Assembly (NCBI GenBank): GCA_963848295.1
Contig: CAWKDB010000010.1
Coordinates: 2,560,001 to 2,624,000 of the forward strand
Direction of reading: 5' to 3'
Length of the DNA: 64,000 nt
DNA from: an uncultured delta proteobacterium
Lineage (GTDB): Bacteria; Myxococcota_A; Polyangia; Haliangiales; Haliangiaceae
The position numbers and the translations under genes were made by a program. The notes beneath the pieces were generated by a model, which made no database searches, was not told where the DNA came from, and saw nothing but the letters and a program-made list of their open reading frames with translations. Shown one piece after another: positions 39,945 through 49,619 of the stretch (position 1 is the first letter of the stretch; each line of letters starts with the position of its first letter).

Positions 39945-41180
39945 ATGCGCAAGCTCATCATCATCGCGACGACCCTCGTGCCCGCCGCCGCGTTCGCGGG
40001 TGGCTACAACATCCCGGACGAGAACGCTCGGACGCTCGGACTCTCGCAGGCGAACCTCGCCGACGAGACCGGCGCCGAGGCGGTCATCACCAACCCCGCC
40101 GCACTCGCCGGCCCGCTCGGACTCGATATCTCGGCGAGCCTCGAAGCGCTCGACAACCGCACCGACTGGAGCGATCCCACGCTCGGCTCCGCGAAGCTCG
40201 TCAGTCATGTCAACACGCCGCCGCTCGTCGCCGTGTCGTACGGCGATGTGCTGTCGAACGGCATGAAGTGGGGCGTCGGGCTCGGCTTCGGCGTCCCCGC
40301 CGGTGGCTCGCTCAAGTGGCCGGACGGCTGGCAGGGCAAGGAATACATCCAGAGCGTCGACCAGAAGGTCTATCAGTTCGTCGCCGGCGCCGCGTTCCAG
40401 CCGGTGCCGTACCTCAAGATCGGCGCGACGTACGTGCGCTACCAAGGCGAAGAGGAGCTGCATCAAGCGCTCAACTTCCTCGATCACTACGGCGACGCCG
40501 ACCTCGGCATGTCGGGTGGCGCGAATTCGTTCGACGTCGCGGCCGAGGTCAAGATCCCGACGATCCCGCTCAAGCTCGCCGGCAACTATCGCTACAAGGG
40601 CTCGACGCAGATCGACGGCAACGTGCACTTCAGCGACGTGCCGCCGGCGTACCAGACGCTGCTCCAAGATCAGGCCGTCCACGAGCAACTGACGCTGCCG
40701 TCGGAGTTCGAGATCGGCGCCGCGTACTCGGTCGTGCCGAACCTCACCGTGATGGGTACGTTCACGTACGAGAACTGGAGCGTCTATCACACCGATACGT
40801 TCGTCGGCGACGGTGGCTTTCAGGTCGTCGTGCCGCGCAACTACAACAACGCGCAGGTCTACCGGCTCGGCGTCGAATGGGATCACGTGCCCTTCCTGTC
40901 GCAGCTGACGTTGCGCGTCGGGACGCTGCGCAGCATCTCGCCCCAACCGACGGATACGGTGTCGCCGTCGCTCACCGACGGCAACAGCTGGGCGGTTTCG
41001 GCCGGCGTCGGTTACGACGTGATGCCGTCACTGCGCATCGATGTCGGCTATCAGCACGCGATCTTCGACAACGTGGTCGCGACCGGTACGGAGACGTTCC
41101 CCGGCACGTACAAGACGCAAGTCGATCTGGTCTCGCTCGGCGTCAACTGGCGCATCGACCTGCTCGGCCACGGCAAGTGA
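39945..41180 (+). CDS. FadL/OmpP1-family outer-membrane transporter
   Basis: AGGYNI..ARTLGLSQA..NPAAL N-terminal hatch motif; beta-barrel strands. Confidence 0.85.
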   Translation: MRKLIIIATTLVPAAAFAGGYNIPDENARTLGLSQANLADETGAEAVITNPAALAGPLGLDISASLEALDNRTDWSDPTLGSAKLVSHVNTPPLVAVSYGDVLSNGMKWGVGLGFGVPAGGSLKWPDGWQGKEYIQSVDQKVYQFVAGAAFQPVPYLKIGATYVRYQGEEELHQALNFLDHYGDADLGMSGGANSFDVAAEVKIPTIPLKLAGNYRYKGSTQIDGNVHFSDVPPAYQTLLQDQAVHEQLTLPSEFEIGAAYSVVPNLTVMGTFTYENWSVYHTDTFVGDGGFQVVVPRNYNNAQVYRLGVEWDHVPFLSQLTLRVGTLRSISPQPTDTVSPSLTDGNSWAVSAGVGYDVMPSLRIDVGYQHAIFDNVVATGTETFPGTYKTQVDLVSLGVNWRIDLLGHGK

Positions 41181-41212
41181 GCCCCGAGGCCGATCGATCG
41201 ATCGGCTGTCCG
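41181..41212. repeat. 32-bp palindromic repeat, copy 2
   Basis: GCCCCGAGGCCGATCGATCGATCGGCTGTCCG, containing the perfect 18-bp palindrome GCCGATCGATCGATCGGC. Confidence 0.8.
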
Positions 41213-41255
41213 GCGCAGCAAGGACGCCCGACTCCGTGGGCCGAGGGGCCCCCGT

Positions 41256-42188
41256 TCACGGGGCCTCCGGCGCGGACGCCGAGAGGAACGGCGCGATCGC
41301 GGCGACGAAGCGGTGTGCCGCATCGACGTGCGCGAAGTGCGACGCGTTCGGTAAGCGGATGAAATCGGCCGCCGGCACGAGCGCGCGCAGGCGATCGCCG
41401 ACGATCGCCGGCACGACCGGATCGCGCTCCGCGTAGACCAGACACAGAGGGATCGGGAACGGCTCGGCCGCGAGTCGGGCGCGAAACCGCCGCATCTCGC
41501 CGAGATCGAGCGCGTCGTGCAAATGGCGATAGAACGCCTTGCGCCCCTCCGGCGTCCGCAACGGCGCGGCGAACTCGCGGTGTTCCTCGCGCGACTTGAG
41601 CGACTCGTCGTAGTAGTGGACGTTGCGATGGACCCAGCGCTCGGGGTTCCGCCGCACGAGCCGATCGACGATCCAGCGCGCCGGCAAGATCCGCGTCGCC
41701 CACGCGAGCGCGACCATCCGCGCGGTCGGCAGACCCGGCGAGTGCAGGTTGACGAGGCGACCGATCGCACCGACGTCGAGCTGCGCCGCGCGCATGCACA
41801 GGTAGCCGCCCATCGAGTTGCCGATCACCGGAGCGCCGCGAGCATCGAGCGCGTCGAGCGTCGCGATGATCGAGCGGGCGAGCACGTCGGGCGCGAGCCT
41901 GATATCGGGCATGTCGGAATGGCCCGCGCCCGGCAGATCGGGAATCAGCAGTCGATAGCGCGCACCGAGCAGCTCGAGCACGTAGCGAAAGCTATAGCCC
42001 GCGGTCATCAGGCCATGGACGAGCACGAGCGGCGGCCCCGAGCCGTACTCGCGCACCGCGAGGCGACACTCGCCGAGCTCGTCGGTGCGAATCGTGATGT
42101 CGCGCCGGATCGTGTCGGCCCAGCGATGCGGCACGGTCGGGAGCTCCGGCACATCCTCGAACCGCACCTGCGCGAACGGCTCGGCCAC
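41256..42188 (-). CDS. Alpha/beta hydrolase
   Basis: VHGL, DLPGAGHS, GNSMGG, DPVVP and SHF motifs. Confidence 0.88.
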   Translation of the reverse strand: MAEPFAQVRFEDVPELPTVPHRWADTIRRDITIRTDELGECRLAVREYGSGPPLVLVHGLMTAGYSFRYVLELLGARYRLLIPDLPGAGHSDMPDIRLAPDVLARSIIATLDALDARGAPVIGNSMGGYLCMRAAQLDVGAIGRLVNLHSPGLPTARMVALAWATRILPARWIVDRLVRRNPERWVHRNVHYYDESLKSREEHREFAAPLRTPEGRKAFYRHLHDALDLGEMRRFRARLAAEPFPIPLCLVYAERDPVVPAIVGDRLRALVPAADFIRLPNASHFAHVDAAHRFVAAIAPFLSASAPEAP

Positions 42189-42342
42189 GAGGCACGCTAA
42201 CACTCGGCTGATTCCGCTGCCTACACAGTCGTCAAGTTCGCTGGCGAATCAGCGTCGCATCGCGGTGCCATGGCGACGACCTGACCGGAAAGGCGGGGCG
42301 GCTCCGCTTGCGATGGCATCAGCTCCCGCAGACGCTCGCCAC

Positions 42343-43353
42343 ATGCCCAAGATGAAAGCCGCACAGGTTGCAAAGCCCAATGGCCCATTCGAGCTCGTCG
42401 AGCGCGAGATCCCGACACCGGGTCCGCACTGGGTCCGGATCAAGGTCGAAGCGTGCGGCGTGTGCCACAGCGACGCGTTCGTCAAGAGCGGCGCGTTTCC
42501 CGGCATGACGTTGCCGCGCATCCCCGGCCACGAGATCGCAGGCCGGATCGACGCGATCGGCGCGGAGGTCACGGCATGGAAGCTCGGCGACCGCGTCGGC
42601 GTTGGCTGGCACGGCGGCCATTGCTTCGAGTGCGACGCGTGTCGCCGCGGCCTGTTCCTCAACTGCGTCAACGCGAAGATCACCGGGATCAGCCACGACG
42701 GCGGTTACGCCGAGTACGCGGTCGTGCCGGCGGAGTCGGTCGCGCGCATCCCCGACAAGCTGTCCGCGATCGAAGCCGGCCCGCTGTTGTGTGCCGGCGT
42801 CACGACCTACAACGCGCTGCGCAACTCCGGCGCACGCGCGGGCCAGACCGTCGCGATCCTCGGCATCGGCGGGCTCGGCCACCTCGGCGTGCAATACGCG
42901 GCGCGCATGGGCTTTCGTACGATCGCGATCTCGCAAGGCGCGGACAAAGCGCAGCTCGCGCGCGAGCTCGGCGCGCACGAATATGTCGACACGAAGGCGA
43001 CGCCCGCGGCCGATGCGCTCGATAAGCTCGGTGGCGCGGATATCGTGCTCGCCACGGCGCCGAACAGCGACGCGATCACCGCGACGCTCGGCGGGCTCAA
43101 GCCGCGCGGCAAGCTCGTGCTCGTCGCGGCACCGTTCACGCCGATGTCGATCTCTGCGATGGGATTATTGAGCGGCAAGGCGATCGCGGGTTGGCCGAGC
43201 GGCAGCGCGATCGATTCGGAGGACGCGATGGCGTTCAGCGCGCTGACCGGCGTGCGGCCGCGCGTCGAGACGTTCCCGCTCGCGCAGGCCGACCAGGCGT
43301 TCGCGCGCATGATGGAGAACCGGGTGCGGTTTCGCGCGGTGCTCGTCCCGTAG
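42343..43353 (+). CDS. Zn-dependent alcohol dehydrogenase
   Basis: CHSD, GHE, CxxCxxC..C and GIGGLG motifs. Confidence 0.93.
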   Translation: MPKMKAAQVAKPNGPFELVEREIPTPGPHWVRIKVEACGVCHSDAFVKSGAFPGMTLPRIPGHEIAGRIDAIGAEVTAWKLGDRVGVGWHGGHCFECDACRRGLFLNCVNAKITGISHDGGYAEYAVVPAESVARIPDKLSAIEAGPLLCAGVTTYNALRNSGARAGQTVAILGIGGLGHLGVQYAARMGFRTIAISQGADKAQLARELGAHEYVDTKATPAADALDKLGGADIVLATAPNSDAITATLGGLKPRGKLVLVAAPFTPMSISAMGLLSGKAIAGWPSGSAIDSEDAMAFSALTGVRPRVETFPLAQADQAFARMMENRVRFRAVLVP

Positions 43354-43411
43354 AGTTATCGATCCGAGCACGGGCGGGTGGTGAACGACGATGTAGCGCG
43401 CCGCCCGCCGG

Positions 43412-45529
43412 ATGATGGTCGAAGTTGCGTATCATCGACGTGCGGTGCAAGACCGAACCGACGATAGGGTGCTCGTCCTCTCCGAGACGTTCCGCGCGTT
43501 CGCGGAGGTCACGACCGACTTCACCGCGTTGGTCGAGACCATCGCGCGCAAGCTGACCGAGCTGATCGGGGACGCGTGCGTCGTCGCGCTCGAGAATGAC
43601 GATGGCGCGCTGTTCGGGCCGAGTGGCGCGTACGCCGGAGACCCCGCGGCGCGGGCGGCACTGCGCGACGCGCTGAACCGACGCAGCGAACGCGACGGCT
43701 CCGGCCAGTCCAATCGAGTCGCGCGGACCGGCGAGCCGATGCTGATCCCGGAGATCGATCCGAACGAGCTCGCCGAACGCGCGGAGCCGGCGTTTGCCGA
43801 CGCGGTCCGCTTGCTCGGCATTCGCAGCTTTCTCTCCGTCCCGCTCGAGGTGCGCGGCCACCGACTCGGCGTGCTGTCGCTATTTCGCTATCTCCCGAGC
43901 AGTCCGCCGTTCGGTGACTACGAACGTGCGCTCGCGTTGAGCATCAGCGATCACGCCGCGCTCGCGATCTCGAACGCGCACCTCTTCGAGTCATTGCAAC
44001 GCGAGCTCCGCGAGCGCCAGAAGGCCGAGGAACGCGCCAAGACGTTCGTCGCGTTGATCGAGAACAGCACGAACTTCATCGCGATGGCCGACCTGACCGG
44101 CCGCGTAAACTTCATCAACGCCGCCGGACGCGCGCTCGTCGGCCTCGACCCCGAAGTCGACGCCCACACGTTGACGCTCGCGGACCTCCACACCGCCGAC
44201 GGCATGAAGCGACGCGAGCTCATTCGCGAGCTCGGCAGCTGGCAGGGCGAGGGCGTGCTGCGCCACGTCACGACGGGCGAGCTGATTCCCACGCAAGTCA
44301 GCTCGTTCCTGACCCGCGATACCGACGGCAAGCCGCTGTGCTTCGCAACCGTGCAGCACGATCTACGCGAGACCAAGCGGCTCGAGAGCGAGCTCCGTCA
44401 GGCCCAACGCATCGAAGCGCTCGGCAGACTCGCCGGCGGGGTCGCCCACGACTTCAACAACCTGCTGACCGTGATCCTCAGCTACAGCGCGATGCTCGCG
44501 AAGTCATTGCCGCGAGAAGGGCGCGGGCTGCGCGATGTCGAGCAGATCGAGCATGCTGCCGAACGCGCAGCAGAGCTCACGCGTCAGCTGCTCGCATTCA
44601 GTCGCCGGCAAGTGCTCGAGCCCAAGGCGCTCGATCTCGGCGCGACGGTGCGCGGCATGGACGCGATGATCCGACGGCTGATCGGCGAGGACATCGCGGT
44701 GCGGATCGTCACGTCCGATGCCGGCAGCCCGGTGGTCGCTGATGCCGGGCAGATCGAGCAAGTCGTCATGAACCTCGTCGTCAACGCGCGCGACGCGATG
44801 CGCGGCGGTGGTGCGTTGGAGTTGGTCACCGAGCGCGTCGAGCTCGATGCCGCCGCCGCCGCCGCGATCGGAATCGCGCCCGGCGCGTACAGCACGCTAT
44901 CGATCAGCGATACCGGCACCGGTATCGACGAGCAGACGAAGGCGCAGCTGTTCGAGCCGTTCTTCACGACGAAGCCGCGCGGCGAAGGCACCGGCCTCGG
45001 GTTGTCCACCGTCATGGGCATCGTCGAGCAGAGCGGCGGTCACATCCGAGTCGACAGCGAGCTCGGACGCGGCACATCATTTCGCATCTATCTGCCGGCG
45101 ACCACCGGCTCGCCTTCCGCGCGAGCCGCGACACCGCGCCCGAGTGCCGCGCCGCGCGGCATCGAACGCATCGTCGTCGTCGAAGACGAGCGCGAGGTCC
45201 GCGCGCTCGTCTGCATGGTGTTGCGCGACGCGGGCTACGATGTGGTCGAAGCGAACGATACCAACCATGCCCTCGAGCTTGCCGAAGACGGTGCCGACTT
45301 CGATCTGCTATTGACCGACGTGATCATGCCGGGGATGAGCGGACGCGAGCTCGCCGCGCAGGTGATGGCACGGCGCCCGACGACGCGCGTGCTCTACATG
45401 TCGGGTTACACCGACGACAAGCTCGGCCACCACGGCCTGCTCGATCCCGATGTCGAGCTGATCCAGAAACCGCTGACCCCCGACGCACTGCTGCGCCGCG
45501 TCCGCGCGGTGTTGACGCGCTCGACGTAA
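43412..45529 (+). CDS. Hybrid sensor histidine kinase (GAF-PAS-HisKA-HATPase-REC)
   Basis: AHDFNNLL, NARDAM, DTGTG, FFTTK..GTGLGL, LLTDVIMP and QKP. Start uncertain (possibly GTG 43445). Confidence 0.92.
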   Translation: MMVEVAYHRRAVQDRTDDRVLVLSETFRAFAEVTTDFTALVETIARKLTELIGDACVVALENDDGALFGPSGAYAGDPAARAALRDALNRRSERDGSGQSNRVARTGEPMLIPEIDPNELAERAEPAFADAVRLLGIRSFLSVPLEVRGHRLGVLSLFRYLPSSPPFGDYERALALSISDHAALAISNAHLFESLQRELRERQKAEERAKTFVALIENSTNFIAMADLTGRVNFINAAGRALVGLDPEVDAHTLTLADLHTADGMKRRELIRELGSWQGEGVLRHVTTGELIPTQVSSFLTRDTDGKPLCFATVQHDLRETKRLESELRQAQRIEALGRLAGGVAHDFNNLLTVILSYSAMLAKSLPREGRGLRDVEQIEHAAERAAELTRQLLAFSRRQVLEPKALDLGATVRGMDAMIRRLIGEDIAVRIVTSDAGSPVVADAGQIEQVVMNLVVNARDAMRGGGALELVTERVELDAAAAAAIGIAPGAYSTLSISDTGTGIDEQTKAQLFEPFFTTKPRGEGTGLGLSTVMGIVEQSGGHIRVDSELGRGTSFRIYLPATTGSPSARAATPRPSAAPRGIERIVVVEDEREVRALVCMVLRDAGYDVVEANDTNHALELAEDGADFDLLLTDVIMPGMSGRELAAQVMARRPTTRVLYMSGYTDDKLGHHGLLDPDVELIQKPLTPDALLRRVRAVLTRST

Positions 45530-45535
45530 CCGCGA

Positions 45536-45970
45536 TCATTCGTACGTGACCGCGATGACCTCGACCTCGCCGCCGCGCGGCAGCTCGACACGGTCGCCGA
45601 CACGCGCGCCCCACAGCGCACTCGCGAGCTCGGATTGGATACCGAGCCAACCGCGCTTGACGTCGGCCTCGATCGCACCCACGAAGCGATACGTGCGGCG
45701 CTCACCCGTTGCGGGCTCGATCACGACGGTGGCTCCGAGTCCTACCGTCTCGCGATCGCCGGGCCCGACGATCTGCGCGGTCGCGAGGTGCTCGGTCAGC
45801 TCGCGCACGCGATCCGGATCGCCCGACGAACGCAACAGCTGATCGAGCTCGGCGCGAGCGGCTATGGCACCTGCCGGCGTCAGGAAATTCGGGTCGGGTA
45901 CCGGAATTCCTCGTCGGCTCGACGGCCGTGCCGGGACATCGTCGTCCTCCTTGGTAAACGCCTTGCTCAC
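45536..45970 (-). CDS. GreA/GreB-family protein, short form
   Basis: SKAFTKEDD, LTPAG, VGLGATV and SELASALWGARVGD motifs. Confidence 0.8.
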   Translation of the reverse strand: MSKAFTKEDDDVPARPSSRRGIPVPDPNFLTPAGAIAARAELDQLLRSSGDPDRVRELTEHLATAQIVGPGDRETVGLGATVVIEPATGERRTYRFVGAIEADVKRGWLGIQSELASALWGARVGDRVELPRGGEVEVIAVTYE

Positions 45971-46029
45971 GAAGTGCATGGTAGCGCGCCACAGGAAGCC
46001 GCCCACTCGCGACTGCGTACTACCTCATC

Positions 46030-46878
46030 ATGACGATCTTACGCGCCCTCATCCTCATGCTGTGCGTCGCGTGCTCGGCGTCGATCGATCCGAACGGAGG
46101 CGATGGCGGAGGCGGCGGAGGCGGCGGCGGTGGCGGCGGTGGCGGCGGCGGCGGCAGCGACAGCGGTACACCGACGACGCTCGCGCCCGGTCAGTCGACG
46201 ATCTCGATGACCGTCGCCGGCCAAGCGCGCAGCGCGATCCTCTACGTGCCCGCAAACGCCACCTCGACCTCGCAGTTTGCGATCGCGTTGCACGGCAACG
46301 GCGACACCGACTCGAACTTTCTCGCGACGTCGGGCCTGAGGCAGCTCGCGGATGGGGACGGCACCGTGCTCGTCGTACCGCAAGGCATCACGCGCGACGT
46401 CGACGTCGTGCTCGTCGGTCAGACGATCCCGGGCATCGATTGGGACGCGTACAACTCCGCGGCGGACGGCAACATCGATCTGCCGTTCCTCGATGCGCTG
46501 CGCACGCAGGTCGTCAACACCCACCAAGTCGATGCGAACCACGTGTTCGTCTATGGCTACTCGCAAGGCGGCTACATGTCGTTCGAGTACGGGATGGACA
46601 CCGGCGCCTCGCTGTCGTGCGCCGCCGTGCTCGCGGCCTCGAGCCCGTACGGCGGCGGCTCCGGCGATCCGTTGATCGGCGGCGCGACCCGCCAGCTCGC
46701 GGTGGTCTTGCAGATCGGCACCGCCGACAGCGCGTACAGCGCGGCGCAAGCCACGGCGGCCACGCTGCAAAGCGACGGCTTCCCGAGCCAGCTCGACTCG
46801 ATCCAGGGCGCTGGCCACGTGCCGATTCCCGGAGACGTCTCGGTGCCTTGGGCCTATTGCCGCAGCAAGGCGCTGTAA
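46030..46878 (+). CDS. Esterase (PHB depolymerase/LpqC-like) lipoprotein
   Basis: Lipobox CVAC; poly-Gly linker; ALHG, GYSQGG, GTAD and GH motifs. Confidence 0.8.
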   Translation: MTILRALILMLCVACSASIDPNGGDGGGGGGGGGGGGGGGGGSDSGTPTTLAPGQSTISMTVAGQARSAILYVPANATSTSQFAIALHGNGDTDSNFLATSGLRQLADGDGTVLVVPQGITRDVDVVLVGQTIPGIDWDAYNSAADGNIDLPFLDALRTQVVNTHQVDANHVFVYGYSQGGYMSFEYGMDTGASLSCAAVLAASSPYGGGSGDPLIGGATRQLAVVLQIGTADSAYSAAQATAATLQSDGFPSQLDSIQGAGHVPIPGDVSVPWAYCRSKAL

Positions 46879-46970
46879 CAACGCGATCGCGACGCCGACC
46901 GAGCGCCCCCCGCGCAGTCACGGCTGGAATCGCTCGCGCCCGCACGGCGCGATGTTATATCCACGTGGTG

Positions 46971-47270
46971 ATGACGAAACGGAGCGAGAGGCGCGCTCAA
47001 GAGCGAGCGCTGCGCCAGCTCGTGCGCGATCGCGAGAAGCTAGCCGGCCTGGTCGCTGGCGGCTCTGCCGATCATCCCATCGAAGTCGCGTCCGCGTCGG
47101 TGATCGAAGGCCGCGCGACCGCGACGCCGTGCGTGCAATGCAAGGGCGAATACCGCGTCGTCGAGCATCGCTCGGTCGCGCCCGGCCTGCGCGCGGTCGA
47201 CGTCAGATGCCGGACGTGCCAGGTCGGCCGCACGCTGTGGTTTCGGATCGCGCCCGACGAGCCGAACTGA
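46971..47270 (+). CDS. Small Zn-ribbon hypothetical protein
   Basis: GGSADHPIEV..CVQC...CRTC motifs. Confidence 0.7.
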   Translation: MTKRSERRAQERALRQLVRDREKLAGLVAGGSADHPIEVASASVIEGRATATPCVQCKGEYRVVEHRSVAPGLRAVDVRCRTCQVGRTLWFRIAPDEPN

Positions 47271-47275
47271 TCGCG

Positions 47276-49324
47276 TTACTCCGGCAAGCTATCGACGCCG
47301 GGAGCGAGCGCGGAGGTCGCGCCGTTGTACGTGAGCGTCGCGCCGATATTCCCGCGCACGAACGCGACCGTGACCGTATCGCCGCTCGCGAGGCGAACGG
47401 TGACGGTCGAATCGTTCGCCGCGGTCGCCGAGACGACCGCGCCGTCGATGCCGATGACATGCAAGAATCGCTGATCGCCACCCGCGATCGTCTCATCGAG
47501 GCGATACCCGGTGCTGTAGTCGCCGCTCGGATCGTCGGCGTAATCGAACACCGAGGCGGTCGCTCCGGTCGGGGCGAGCCGTTGCACCGACAGCGCGTGC
47601 GCGCCGGTCGTCGTCGTCGTCGTGCCCGCGACGGTGGGCTGAGTGGGCAACGCGAGCTGCCACGTCTGTTGCGTGCTCGCGCCGGTGGTGACGCGGTCGT
47701 AGACGATCAGCGCGTTCGGTGGCAGGTACACGACCTCGCGCTGCATCAACGTGATCGCGCTATTGCCGTCATAGGAAGCGGTGACGTCAGCGGCCGCGTA
47801 TGTCCACCCCGTGCCGGTATGCAGCGCCGCGAGCTGCGACGTGGTCGAGCCGATTTGTGCGATCGGCGAGCCGCCGTTGTCGACCCGCACCAAGCTATGC
47901 GCGGTCGTCTCTTGGCGCAGCCCGGAGTGCGAATCGATCACCGAATCCATCGCGAGCCAACCATCCTTGTAGATCATCAGCGCGCCTTGATCTTGGTGCG
48001 CGTGGGTTTCGGTGTATGGCCCGGCGGTGAGGTTGACCCAGGTCGCGTGCGTGTCCCAACCGGAGCGCGCGTAGAGCTGGCCGATCCCGGAGGCGTAATA
48101 CGTCGGGTCGAGCTCGGACAGCGAGGTCGCCGCGACGTCGGCGTTGTCGTACAAGAAGTCATCCACGGCCATGAACTGCTCGCTCATCTCGGGCACGCTG
48201 CAGCCGGCGAGCAACGCTTGCACCGGACCGGCGAGCGTATCCCCCGGGTAGATCCGCACGAGCTCTTGGAGATACTGGCGGTGATAGTCGAAGAACGCGC
48301 CGGTCGATTCGCGCGCTTGGTCGCCGGTCGGTGCGACGTGATCCAGCGTGGGCAGTGTTTGATGCACGAATGCCAGCATCGACGCGCGCGTGTGCGGCGT
48401 CAGCGACGCCAGCGGCTCGCCCGTGGTCGCGTTCCAGAAGTCGTACAGCTGCCACAAGTTGCGCATCGACACGCCATAGCCGGTGCCCTCGCGCGACCCG
48501 CCGCCGACGAGCTGGCTATCGAACTCCGGCATCAATTGGTCGAGCACCTTGGTCTCGCGGAATTGCACGAGCCATTGGTCGGCCTGGCTGTCCTCGCCGT
48601 TCGCGGCGAGCCCGACGAGCATCGTCGCCTCGAGAAACGAATAGTAATAGTTGTCCAACGGATCGTTCGTCGCCCAGCCGTCCCACGGCATCGCGGTCGT
48701 CCCCCACTTTGCCGCTGGTGGATTCCACACGTTCCAGATCGCTTGATCCGCGTACGCGAGCCAGCGCGTCTTCTGCGAAGCGCTGAGCGATGCATTGCAC
48801 CAATCGTAGGTGAGCGCGACGTCGGCGAGCATCGGCCCGATCTGGAGATAGCTATCGCCGGCCACGCCCGGCGCGCTGCCCGCCGCGATCGCCGCTTCGG
48901 CCGCGCCGACCTGTGTCTCGACCGCGGCCACTGCGGCAGGGCAGTACTGCGGATCGTTCGTCAGCGCGCCGAGCAAGGCGGCGTTCCACGCAGAGAAGTT
49001 GTAGTACGCATCGCCCCCGACCCAATTGTCGACGAGCTGTTTGAAGCGCACCGCGGCCGGACGACTCGAGGCCAGCGCCGCCTGTAAGCGCGCCGCGTTC
49101 GGGCCGAGATAGATCCGCGGGTGTTGGGTTGGATAGACCGGCTGGACATCGACCCCCGAACCCGAACCTCCCGCGCCTCCGCCATCACTGCCGGAACCGT
49201 CGTCGCCGCCCGCGCCGCCACCGCCACTGCCGCCACTGCCGCCACTGCCGATCGAGCCGTTACATCCGCTGCCACCGAGCGCGAGCGCACTCGCGATCAA
49301 AACAACAACTCTTGCCTGTGTCAT
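47276..49324 (-). CDS. Heparinase II/III-like polysaccharide lyase, lipoprotein
   Basis: HPRIYL, EGTGY, RSGW and HAHQDQG motifs; Gly linker after the lipobox. Confidence 0.7.
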   Translation of the reverse strand: MTQARVVVLIASALALGGSGCNGSIGSGGSGGSGGGGAGGDDGSGSDGGGAGGSGSGVDVQPVYPTQHPRIYLGPNAARLQAALASSRPAAVRFKQLVDNWVGGDAYYNFSAWNAALLGALTNDPQYCPAAVAAVETQVGAAEAAIAAGSAPGVAGDSYLQIGPMLADVALTYDWCNASLSASQKTRWLAYADQAIWNVWNPPAAKWGTTAMPWDGWATNDPLDNYYYSFLEATMLVGLAANGEDSQADQWLVQFRETKVLDQLMPEFDSQLVGGGSREGTGYGVSMRNLWQLYDFWNATTGEPLASLTPHTRASMLAFVHQTLPTLDHVAPTGDQARESTGAFFDYHRQYLQELVRIYPGDTLAGPVQALLAGCSVPEMSEQFMAVDDFLYDNADVAATSLSELDPTYYASGIGQLYARSGWDTHATWVNLTAGPYTETHAHQDQGALMIYKDGWLAMDSVIDSHSGLRQETTAHSLVRVDNGGSPIAQIGSTTSQLAALHTGTGWTYAAADVTASYDGNSAITLMQREVVYLPPNALIVYDRVTTGASTQQTWQLALPTQPTVAGTTTTTTGAHALSVQRLAPTGATASVFDYADDPSGDYSTGYRLDETIAGGDQRFLHVIGIDGAVVSATAANDSTVTVRLASGDTVTVAFVRGNIGATLTYNGATSALAPGVDSLPE

Positions 49325-49619
49325 CGGTGCACGGAGTTACTGGAGCGCTCACCTCCAGTCGCTGTGTTTTTTCTCCGACACGACGGCACATTGGAGCACT
49401 GCGCGTAATCGCACGTGCGGTCCTCGACGGAGATGCCTCACTCGCGCGAGTGCGCGCGCGATCGCGGTTACGAATCTCGATCGCTCCGATCGAGAAGAAA
49501 AAGATCTAACTCACCGTCGGAATCGGCCTCATCCTCGAGCGGATCCCAGCAATTCGCGCGCGCGTCGTCGCGCGGATCATGCGATCAACCAGCAGCCGCT
49601 GCGGAGGTGTGGACCGCGG

